From an uncultured bacterium (GTDB lineage: Bacteria > RBG-13-66-14), in assembly GCA_964436465.1 (NCBI GenBank), contig CAYTCV010000002.1, positions 34,345 through 98,344 of the forward strand: a DNA stretch of 64,000 nucleotides, written 5' to 3'. Shown here in pieces: positions 56,854 through 64,000 of the stretch. A model generated the notes under the pieces. It saw only the letters and a program-made list of their open reading frames with translations. It was not told where the DNA came from and searched no databases. Position 1 is the stretch's first letter. Each line of letters begins with the position of its first letter. The translations under genes and the position numbers were made by a program.

Positions 56854-58176
56854 TCAGGCCAGCCACACGTTCCCGGCGTTCGGTATGCCCGCGGTGGCAT
56901 TCCGCGTGTCCACCACCAGGGCCGCGCGCCGGACCACCTCCCGGTAATCGTAGGCGGAATGGTTGGTCACGACGACCACGGCGTCATAGGCCGCGAGCTC
57001 GGAGTAGTTCTTCAGGGGTATGCTCTCCAGGCGCAGCTCGGTCTGGCGCGTGGCGGGCATCCGGGTGATAAACGGGTCGTGGTAGTCCACCTTCGCCCCG
57101 CGCGCGAGGAGGCCCTCCATGACCGGCACGGCCGGGCTTTCGCGCATATCGTCTATGTCGGGCTTGTAGGAGATGCCGAGAATTAAAATTTTCGCGCCCC
57201 GGAGCGGCTTGCCCGCCTGGTTGAGCGCCTCGGCGGTACGCTCCACGACGAAGCGGGGCATCCCCGTGTTAATCTCGCCGGCCAGCTCGATGAAGCGGGT
57301 GCTGAACTCGTACTCGTGGGCCTTCCAGGTGAGGTAGAAGGGGTCGATGGGGATGCAGTGCCCCCCGAGGCCCGGCCCCGGGCGGAAGGGCATGAAGCCG
57401 AAGGGCTTCGTCGAGGCGGCGTCGATGACCTCGTGCAGGTTGACCCCCATGCGCAGCGCCAGCATCTTCAGCTCGTTAACCAGGGCGATGTTCACGGCCC
57501 GGAAGGTGTTCTCGAAGATTTTCGTCATCTCGGACACCTCGAGGCCGGACACCGGGACCGTTTGTTCGAAGACGCGGTCGTAGAAATTTTTGGCCAGGTC
57601 CAGCCCCGCCGGAGTCAGCGCGCCGATGACCTTGGGAATCGTCCGGGTCCGGTAGTCCTTGTTGCCCGGGTCCTCCCGCTCCGGGGAAAAGGCGAGGAAG
57701 AAGTCCGTCCCGCCTTTGAGGCCCGACCCCTCCTCGAGGATGGGCCGGACGACCTCCCGGGTGGTGCCGGGGTAGGTGGTGGATTCGAGAATCACCACCT
57801 GTCCCTTCTTCAGCCGACGGGCCACGTCCCGGGCCGTGATTTCGACGAAGCTCAGGTCCGGCTGCCGGTGGCCGTCCAGCGGCGTGGGTACGCAGATGGC
57901 GATGACGTCCACTTCCGCCAGGCGGTCCAGGTCGCCGGTCGCCTCGAAGATGCCCGAGTCCACGTAAGGCTTGATGCGCCCGGCCGGTATCTGCTGGATG
58001 TAGCTCTCGCCTTGGCGCAGGTGTTCCACCTTCGACGGGTCGATGTCGAAGCCGAGGACGCGGATGCCGGCCTCGGCGAACTCCAGGGCGAGGGGCAGCC
58101 CGACGTAGCCCAGTCCGATGACGCCGAAAACGGCCGGACCCTCTTTCAGTTTTTTGGCCAGTTCGTTGTGGTTCAT
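56854..58176 (-). CDS. Nucleotide-sugar (UDP-GlcNAc) 6-dehydrogenase, WbpA/WecC/TviB family
   Basis: GLGYVGLP, ICVPTP, ESTTYPGTT, SPERED, ENTFRAVNIA, GGHCIPIDP; ATG 58176 after GAGG. Confidence 0.92.
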   Translation of the reverse strand: MNHNELAKKLKEGPAVFGVIGLGYVGLPLALEFAEAGIRVLGFDIDPSKVEHLRQGESYIQQIPAGRIKPYVDSGIFEATGDLDRLAEVDVIAICVPTPLDGHRQPDLSFVEITARDVARRLKKGQVVILESTTYPGTTREVVRPILEEGSGLKGGTDFFLAFSPEREDPGNKDYRTRTIPKVIGALTPAGLDLAKNFYDRVFEQTVPVSGLEVSEMTKIFENTFRAVNIALVNELKMLALRMGVNLHEVIDAASTKPFGFMPFRPGPGLGGHCIPIDPFYLTWKAHEYEFSTRFIELAGEINTGMPRFVVERTAEALNQAGKPLRGAKILILGISYKPDIDDMRESPAVPVMEGLLARGAKVDYHDPFITRMPATRQTELRLESIPLKNYSELAAYDAVVVVTNHSAYDYREVVRRAALVVDTRNATAGIPNAGNVWLA

Positions 58177-58180
58177 ATCC

Positions 58181-58648
58181 TCATCGGGTGTGGTAGAGAA
58201 GTGGTTTGAGCCGTTGTACAAGTTGCAGGGTAAACCGACCGCAGGCGCCGCCCAGGCCGTGGGTGCGTCGGTAAAGCCGGTGGACGAGCCAGGCCAGCCG
58301 GGCCCGCGCGGGCATCGCTCTCACGGCGCGGACGGAGCCGTTCCACCGGCGGGCCGTGACGCGGCCGATGAGTCTCCCGGCGCGCTCCACCGCCAGAACC
58401 GTATCCGCGTTTCCCCACCAGCCGTCGGCGTCCCGGTGGCAGAGACGGTGGACGACCTCGAGGCCGTCGGTATTTATATAGGCCGCGATTTCGCCGACCT
58501 GCGGAGGCGCCTCCCCGAAGGGCTCCAGTAGTATATCGGCCCCGTCGGGGAGCAATTCACCGTGGCATCGGCCACGGCTCTTCACCCAGCGGGGACCGCT
58601 CTCTCGCAGCGCTTCCGCTATGAGCCCGGCTTTCAGGTCTAGGTTAAT
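58181..58648 (-). CDS. S24/S26 (signal-peptidase-like) family protein of the RiPP cassette
   Basis: L.AEALR..G...VKSRGRCH..LL.DG..I......QVGEIAAY......VVHR pattern; frame is open to ATT 58648 after GAGGGTGG. Confidence 0.55.
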   Translation of the reverse strand: MNLDLKAGLIAEALRESGPRWVKSRGRCHGELLPDGADILLEPFGEAPPQVGEIAAYINTDGLEVVHRLCHRDADGWWGNADTVLAVERAGRLIGRVTARRWNGSVRAVRAMPARARLAWLVHRLYRRTHGLGGACGRFTLQLVQRLKPLLYHTR

Positions 58649-58712
58649 CCCACCCTCTTCCGTTCATGGATTCGAGGGGTTTTAATCCGCCTCAAGTAAC
58701 CGTCCGCTCGCC

Positions 58713-58892
58713 CTAGGAATTGTAGGGGATGATAGTGCAGTGGTCTGGAAGCATCTGGTATTCGCACGCCTGCACCGTACCCTTCTTACATACTACCAAG
58801 TCACCTTGAATATCATACACACAACTCACCGACGATTCCTGAAAGATTTTCTCACTCGTCAGGCTGGGCGATGTGTAGCTCTTCTTGTTCAT
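58713..58892 (-). CDS. Putative RiPP precursor peptide, 59 aa
   Basis: MNKKSYTSPSL leader (YxxPxL); Cys24/35/43/52; AAGGA upstream; directly follows the rSAM/SPASM gene. Confidence 0.75.
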   Translation of the reverse strand: MNKKSYTSPSLTSEKIFQESSVSCVYDIQGDLVVCKKGTVQACEYQMLPDHCTIIPYNS

Positions 58893-59976
58893 TTCCGTTT
58901 CCTTTTCGTGTGAGGTGTGCGGCCTGGGCTGATGTGTAATCGCGCGCCATCCGACAGATGCTGGGCGAGGACTTCCAAAGGCTGCCGGTTTCGATGAGGG
59001 CCAGGCCGGGGCAACGCATGCAATCATTGGCAAGCTCACAATCCCGGCAGTCAGGTATCGGGAGTGTGAGCATGCTCATCAGATAGAGGGTAAGCGGAGA
59101 ATGATGCCATATTTTCCTCAAGGTGCTCCGTCGGACGTTTCCCATCGAGGCTCGCATTTGCATGCAGGGAAACACCTCGCCGTCGGGCGTGACGGTCAGG
59201 CTCGAGAAACCGGCGGTGCAGGAAACGGCGTGAAAGACCCTCCGCCATTCCGTATTCTCCGGGGACTCGCCCTCCGGTGGGATATTTTGCGCGCGTTCGT
59301 AGTTATCAAGAATAAAACATTGTTCCTCGGCGTTGAGCGCCCTCTCCAGGGGTCCCGTGCCGCCGTCGTTGGCCAGGGTGATGTTCATGCTCAGGAGCGG
59401 GTGACCTCCCAACGACAGCATGTACCGGTCCAGCTCGTTGACCACGCTGTAATTCGATTTTAACAGACTGCCCTTGAGGTTGACGAATACCCCGGCGGCC
59501 CGGAGTCTTTTTACCGCCGCCACCGTGGCGTCGAAGCTGCCGGGAGTGCGGGTCACGGCTTCGTGCGTCGCGGCGTCGGGTCCGTGGAGGGAGATGTCGA
59601 CGTAGCGGACCCCGCACCGAACCAGGTGGTCCACGTCCTCCCCGGTCAGGGTCGTGGCGTTGGTGAAGAGGCGAACCATCACTTCCCGCCGGTGCAGCTC
59701 CTCCAGGATGTCCCAGAATCCCGGATTCAGTGTCGGTTCACCACCGGTGACGGTCACATAGAACGCCCCCAGGTCGGCGAGCTCGCGGATGGTCCGGAGC
59801 CAATCCTCGACCGGCATCTCCTCCCGGTGGGGGTCATCCGGCGTCAGGTAACAGTGCGTGCACCGGAGGTTGCAGCGGTAGGTCAGCTCGAAGGTGACGA
59901 GATAGGGGATATGACGTTGGAAGGCTTTCCAGCGGAACTTTTTGAAGGCTGTCGGTTCTGTGGCCCCGTCATTCAT
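58852..59976 (-). CDS. Radical SAM/SPASM peptide maturase (PqqE/SkfB-like)
   Basis: CNLRCTHC, TGGEP, SPASM CTAG..TVTPDGEVFPC...CRDC...CMRCPG...C. Confidence 0.9.
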   Translation of the reverse strand: MNDGATEPTAFKKFRWKAFQRHIPYLVTFELTYRCNLRCTHCYLTPDDPHREEMPVEDWLRTIRELADLGAFYVTVTGGEPTLNPGFWDILEELHRREVMVRLFTNATTLTGEDVDHLVRCGVRYVDISLHGPDAATHEAVTRTPGSFDATVAAVKRLRAAGVFVNLKGSLLKSNYSVVNELDRYMLSLGGHPLLSMNITLANDGGTGPLERALNAEEQCFILDNYERAQNIPPEGESPENTEWRRVFHAVSCTAGFSSLTVTPDGEVFPCMQMRASMGNVRRSTLRKIWHHSPLTLYLMSMLTLPIPDCRDCELANDCMRCPGLALIETGSLWKSSPSICRMARDYTSAQAAHLTRKGNGNEQEELHIAQPDE

Positions 59977-60014
59977 TCAGCTTAAAGCCGCCTGTTCGAA
60001 TCGCGCGGTGGAGG

Positions 60015-60299
60015 TCAGCGCTTGTATTCCACCAATCCCTTTTCCCCGAGCGCCTTGAAGAACGTCGTCAAATCGGTCCGGAGCTGATTCGGCTCCACGT
60101 CGTATTCCGCAAGGATGGAGCCTTCGATGTCGTCGAAGCTGCGCTTTCCGTCTATCAGTTTCCAGATGAGGCTCCCCACCTCGTTGAAGTTGTGGAGCGT
60201 ACCGTCGTCGGGGGTGATGGCGAAGATTTCTCCGTCCATCTCCTGAGAGGGGATGTGCCCCGTCTTCACGGGCACCGCGTCGGGGTCGTAGGTTTTCAT
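60015..60299 (-). CDS. PqqD-family RiPP recognition element (RRE)
   Basis: EMDGEIF...LHNFNEVGSLIWKLIDGKRS..DI...I.AEYDV......D...F...L..KGLV. Confidence 0.9.
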   Translation of the reverse strand: MKTYDPDAVPVKTGHIPSQEMDGEIFAITPDDGTLHNFNEVGSLIWKLIDGKRSFDDIEGSILAEYDVEPNQLRTDLTTFFKALGEKGLVEYKR

Positions 60300-61294
60300 C
60301 GGAGGATGTCGAGCCTTTCGCCGAAGTGGCCGAGGATGTAAGTCAGCGAGCGGAACGGCGGGTCCGCGAGGTAGAGCCCCAGCAGCCTGGAGTGCGTCCG
60401 GACCCCGCCCGACATCGGCCTCAGGAATTTCCTCCCGAATCTACCCGGTCGGAGCGGTTCTCCGGGCGGAACGAGCCTCCTCAACGTCGGATAGCATCTC
60501 AGGTAGGCCACCGCGAAACAGACCGTCCGCTCCAATCCCGCCTTGCGCGCATTCGCGTAGAGTTTACCCCAATCGAGGCCGGGACACAACATCCAGATAT
60601 CGTACACCGACAGGAGGTGGTAGTCGAAGAAGTGGTTCCCGCAGAGGTGGACCAGGCAGAAGAGCGCCGCGTCCTCCCTCGACGGCACCCATAGCTTGAC
60701 TCCGTGCAGGTCCAGGGGTATGGGCTCTTCGCCGAACCTGTACCGGGCGTTGTACCTCCCCGGCGCGGTGAGGGCGTAGTGAACTTCCAGGACGGTCCGG
60801 TCCCTGCCCCAGATGAGGTGGTTCCAACGCCGCCAGAGCCTGCGTCCCAGCCGCCCCCGGGTTTCCAGCCTCCAGCCCGTTTTCTCCGCCGCCTCGGCGA
60901 ACCGGGCCATCTTCCCGCGTTCTACGTAAATGTCTATATCCGACGCCGGCCGGGTGGCGGGCGGGTACAGCCGCGCGCGGAAATCCAACCCTTTTAACGC
61001 CAGAGGTCGCAGGTCCTCCGTCTCCGCCAGAAGGTCCAGGAGCGGGGCGGTTTGAACCAGTTCCCGGCAGGTCTCCCGACGCCGCTCTTCCTTCAGCGAG
61101 TCGAGAATCTCTTTTTGCAAGCCCTGTGCCAGGCCCCCGCCGCCCAGACTCCAATCCGCCAGCGGGGCCAGCCGCTCCCGCCTCAGCCGTTCAACTGCGT
61201 CGGGCGTCTCTATAATATGACGAGCCAGAGCATCCGGCTCTCGACTCGTCAGCGCGGTGAAGAGGGTTACTTTTTGCCCCGGAAACGTTTCCAA
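60296..61294 (-). CDS. Nucleotidyltransferase family protein (lasso/RiPP-associated type)
   Basis: LALKGLDF...YP....RPASDIDIYV, LEVHY; ATGA overlap with the RRE gene. Confidence 0.8.
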   Translation of the reverse strand: METFPGQKVTLFTALTSREPDALARHIIETPDAVERLRRERLAPLADWSLGGGGLAQGLQKEILDSLKEERRRETCRELVQTAPLLDLLAETEDLRPLALKGLDFRARLYPPATRPASDIDIYVERGKMARFAEAAEKTGWRLETRGRLGRRLWRRWNHLIWGRDRTVLEVHYALTAPGRYNARYRFGEEPIPLDLHGVKLWVPSREDAALFCLVHLCGNHFFDYHLLSVYDIWMLCPGLDWGKLYANARKAGLERTVCFAVAYLRCYPTLRRLVPPGEPLRPGRFGRKFLRPMSGGVRTHSRLLGLYLADPPFRSLTYILGHFGERLDILR

Positions 61295-63642
61295 ATCGAA
61301 CCTTTGGACCGCTCCGCTTCGTCGTCGCTGTGGTAGTAATAGTAGTGGTAGTACCTGTGCGACCTGTACGTTCGGGTGAGGTCCACTTTATTCAAAACAA
61401 AGCCCAGGATTTGAGCCCGCGCGTTTTTCAGGAGGTTGACCGCTTCCTTGACGGCCTCGGCCTCGCTCACCTCGGACTCGACAACGAGGATGGTTCCGTC
61501 GACCAGGGTTCCCAGGATTGCGGGGTCGGTCACCGCCAGGACGGGGGAGGTGTCCAGAATCACCTTGTCGTAATCCTGGCGGAATCGTTCGATGATTTCC
61601 TTTGTTCGGCGGCTGGACAGCAGCTCCGAGGGATTCGGCGGCGGGTGACCCGAGGGGAGGACGAAGAGGTTCTCGACCCGGGTGGGTCGGATGACTTCCT
61701 CGTCGGTTCTGTCCCCGAGGATGAGCTCGGTGAAACCGGGTGTGTTGGGAATGTTGAAGAAACGGTGCATCTTCGCCTTGCGCAGGTCTGTGTCCACCAG
61801 GAGGGTTTTATGGCCCTGCTGGGCGATGGACACACCAAGGTTCGCCGAGGTCGTGGTCTTCCCCTCACCCTTGCTGGGGCTCGTGATGGACAGAACGCGA
61901 ATCTGCTTGTCGATGCTGAAGTACTGGATATTCGTGCGGATAATGCGGTACGTTTCCGCGATGGGGGAACGCGGATTTTCCAGGACCGTCAGGTGACCCT
62001 CGCCGAGTTCCTCGAACTCCTCGGTCGCTTTCGGTATCGAGCCGATGTGCGTGAGCCCGGTCAGGTTCGCGACCTCATCGGCCGATTTCACCGTCGTGTC
62101 GTTCATCTCGACTATCATGGCCAGGCCGATTCCAATGACGAGGCCGATAATCAGGCCGAGGAGAAGGTCCGATACATGGTTGGGGCTCACCGGCTCCGCG
62201 GGTCGGATGGCCCGGTCGATGATGCGGACATCGCCCGTTTCCATGCTCTCGTTGATGCGGGCCTCCTCGTACCGCTCGAGGAGCAGTGAGTGAATCTTCG
62301 ACGCGACGTCGCTTTTTCGCTGCCGGATGGAGAGCTCCATCTCCTCCCGCGGCATGATGGAGAGCTCCGAGGTCATCTCGGATATGGTTTCCTGCGTTTC
62401 CTCGAGCTTGGATTTGGCGCCTTCGATGGAAATTCCGAGGGCGCCGGAGTCGACGATGTAGGAGAGCCGCCGCTCTATGTTGTTTTCGAGGTCGTACAGC
62501 TCGCCATCGATCTCGGATAGCCGGGGGTTGAGTGGACCGGAGGTTTGTTTCAACTGCTGTTTCTCGACCGTCAGCTCCCCGGCCGTCTGGACGAAATCCT
62601 TCAACAGCTGGTCCGTCTGGAATGTAGGCCATGAGCTGATGGCCATCAGCGTGTCGAGGTCGATTTCGCCCCGATTCAGGTAATTCTCGACGGTTCTCTG
62701 CTGTTCCTCCAGCTCGGCGAGGTCCCGTTCCAGGTTGTTCCTGTTCTCCTCGATTCTGCTCAAGCGGCTAATCAGCTCCCGGGCCTCGTCGTTGAAGGAC
62801 ACGATGCCCAGCTCTTCCTTGTATTCCCTGAGAAGGTCCTCGGTCAGCCGCAGCTTGACTTCGGCCACCTCGATTTGCTCCCCGATGAACTCCCGGGCCT
62901 TTCGGGCGCGCTCCTGCTTCCAGCGAAGATTCTCATCCACATAAACCTCGGCGACGGTGTTCGCCAGCCTGGCCACCATCTTCGGGTCCGTGTGGGAGAC
63001 GCTCACGGTGAATGCGTTTGAGTCTCTGGCCTGTTGCACGCTGATGGACTGGCGGATACGCTCGGCTTCCTGGATGGGGTTCGTCGACTGGATAATGATG
63101 ATTCGCTTGGGGTGGGGCTCGGGGTCGTGGAGGGTGAAGCCGAAAAGCCCGTCCTTCGATGCGAAGGGCTGGTCGTAGAGACCTTCGCCGATGACGTTGT
63201 GCGCGTCGTCCAGCACTGAGAAGCCGGTCTCGCTCTCGATGACTCTGTATCGGCCGACGGGGAAGCCGATTTCGACGAAGGGGTCCTCAAAGTAAACGCC
63301 TTCGGGCATCTGTGCCTGGGGGTGGAAGGCGAGGTTCAACCGCTCGACCACGTCCAGGCAGATGGAGCGACTCGAGATAATCTGAAGCTCGGTCTCCAGG
63401 CGATACGGCTGGAAGGACGTGTAAAAGCCCTGCAGGAGGTCGGTGTTCTGTCCCGAGGCCTCCAGGACCAGGGACGCCGTCGCCACAAAAATCGGGGGAG
63501 TTGTGTAGGATTGGTAGGCGGCAATCGTGAGCGATATCAGCGCGGCGAAGATGATTATCCACTTCCGCTTCCGCAGAACGAGGAGGTATTCCGAAACCTT
63601 GGGTGCGCCGCGCGCGCGGCCTGGATTGGTCGGTTGTTCCAC
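61267..63642 (-). CDS. wzc: Wzc polysaccharide co-polymerase / BY tyrosine kinase
   Basis: Two TM helices, coiled-coil periplasmic region, AETYR.IRTNI, Walker A GEGKTTT, DTDLR, DTSP, C-terminal Tyr cluster YRSHRYYHYYYY. Confidence 0.93.
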   Translation of the reverse strand: MEQPTNPGRARGAPKVSEYLLVLRKRKWIIIFAALISLTIAAYQSYTTPPIFVATASLVLEASGQNTDLLQGFYTSFQPYRLETELQIISSRSICLDVVERLNLAFHPQAQMPEGVYFEDPFVEIGFPVGRYRVIESETGFSVLDDAHNVIGEGLYDQPFASKDGLFGFTLHDPEPHPKRIIIIQSTNPIQEAERIRQSISVQQARDSNAFTVSVSHTDPKMVARLANTVAEVYVDENLRWKQERARKAREFIGEQIEVAEVKLRLTEDLLREYKEELGIVSFNDEARELISRLSRIEENRNNLERDLAELEEQQRTVENYLNRGEIDLDTLMAISSWPTFQTDQLLKDFVQTAGELTVEKQQLKQTSGPLNPRLSEIDGELYDLENNIERRLSYIVDSGALGISIEGAKSKLEETQETISEMTSELSIMPREEMELSIRQRKSDVASKIHSLLLERYEEARINESMETGDVRIIDRAIRPAEPVSPNHVSDLLLGLIIGLVIGIGLAMIVEMNDTTVKSADEVANLTGLTHIGSIPKATEEFEELGEGHLTVLENPRSPIAETYRIIRTNIQYFSIDKQIRVLSITSPSKGEGKTTTSANLGVSIAQQGHKTLLVDTDLRKAKMHRFFNIPNTPGFTELILGDRTDEEVIRPTRVENLFVLPSGHPPPNPSELLSSRRTKEIIERFRQDYDKVILDTSPVLAVTDPAILGTLVDGTILVVESEVSEAEAVKEAVNLLKNARAQILGFVLNKVDLTRTYRSHRYYHYYYYHSDDEAERSKGSIWKRFRGKK

Positions 63643-63643
63643 T

Positions 63644-64000
63644 CTACCAGCTCAGGTTGTAGAGGCGGTTCGCGTCGAATACGGCGCGAAGCGTAGGAGC
63701 GATGTTGTTGAGGAATTCGTTCCAGTCGCCGATGAACGTGCGGGGGACGTAAACTATATCCCCGGCGGCCAGCGGCACGTCGAGAGCCGCCCGGCCCTCC
63801 TCCAGGATGCCTCGCACGTCGACCAGGTAGAGGCGGGTCATGTCCGGCAATACGCGGATGATGGCGACCTCGCTCTCCACGGGATTGCCCCAGAAACCGC
63901 CGGCTTCGGCCAGGGCCTCGACCAGGCTCAACCTCACCCGGTAGTTGTAGCGTCCGGGGTCTTTCACCTCGCCGAGCACGTAAACCCTGCAACTCGAATA
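63644..64000 (-). CDS. wza: Wza/SLBB polysaccharide export protein (5'-truncated by window edge)
   Basis: VYVLGEVKDPGRY, L.EALAEAGG, L..GDIVYVP; frame is open to the window end. Confidence 0.85.
   Translation of the reverse strand, partial: YSSCRVYVLGEVKDPGRYNYRVRLSLVEALAEAGGFWGNPVESEVAIIRVLPDMTRLYLVDVRGILEEGRAALDVPLAAGDIVYVPRTFIGDWNEFLNNIAPTLRAVFDANRLYNLSW

Noticed and set aside
58713-59039. 108-aa ORF as listed in the track
   Set aside because: The first 49 codons lie within the rSAM gene in another frame; the ATG at 58892 with an RBS and leader motif is the credible start.
58852-60299. PQQ biosynthesis (pqqD/pqqE)
   Set aside because: No pqqB/pqqC, and the peptide lacks the PqqA E-x-x-x-Y core context; its Cys-rich sequence is unrelated.
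58181-61294. Lasso peptide gene cluster
   Set aside because: There is no asparagine-synthetase-like cyclase or B2 protease in the window and the maturase is an rSAM/SPASM; only the leader motif, RRE and NTase are lasso-like.

Overview
GC-rich chromosomal window from a diderm, probably anaerobic bacterium. A candidate-phylum or FCB-related lineage is suggested by spoVG, Por-tail-like C-termini and C-terminal (S/T)WGGxK motifs; this is inference, not a placement. Positions 1-42 kb hold mostly housekeeping and envelope genes: rlmB, a PLP aminotransferase, an MscS-cNMP channel, apbE, RNase HI, hup, an RsbW + STAS-GAF-HD-GYP pair, nagZ, prs, priA, recG, dusB, purC/purB, an HtrA protease, tRNA-Gln(UUG), spoVG, ispE and a PflX-like radical SAM protein. 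Secreted proteases and hypothetical proteins are interspersed. Positions 43-64 kb are a minus-strand Wzx/Wzy polysaccharide locus (wza, wzc, a nucleotide-sugar dehydrogenase, neuA/neuB/neuC, a methyltransferase, a CBS-aminotransferase fusion, wzx, wzy, glycosyltransferases). The best candidate for an undescribed system is a five-gene RiPP-like cassette wedged between wzc and the dehydrogenase (58181-61294). It encodes a nucleotidyltransferase, a stand-alone PqqD/RRE, a radical SAM/SPASM enzyme, a 59-aa four-Cys precursor with a YxxPxL leader and C-terminal Ser, and an S24/S26-like peptidase with an apparent Ser-to-Cys nucleophile change. I saw no CRISPR-Cas, transposase, integrase or rRNA. All family assignments come from motif recognition by eye; no database searches were run.
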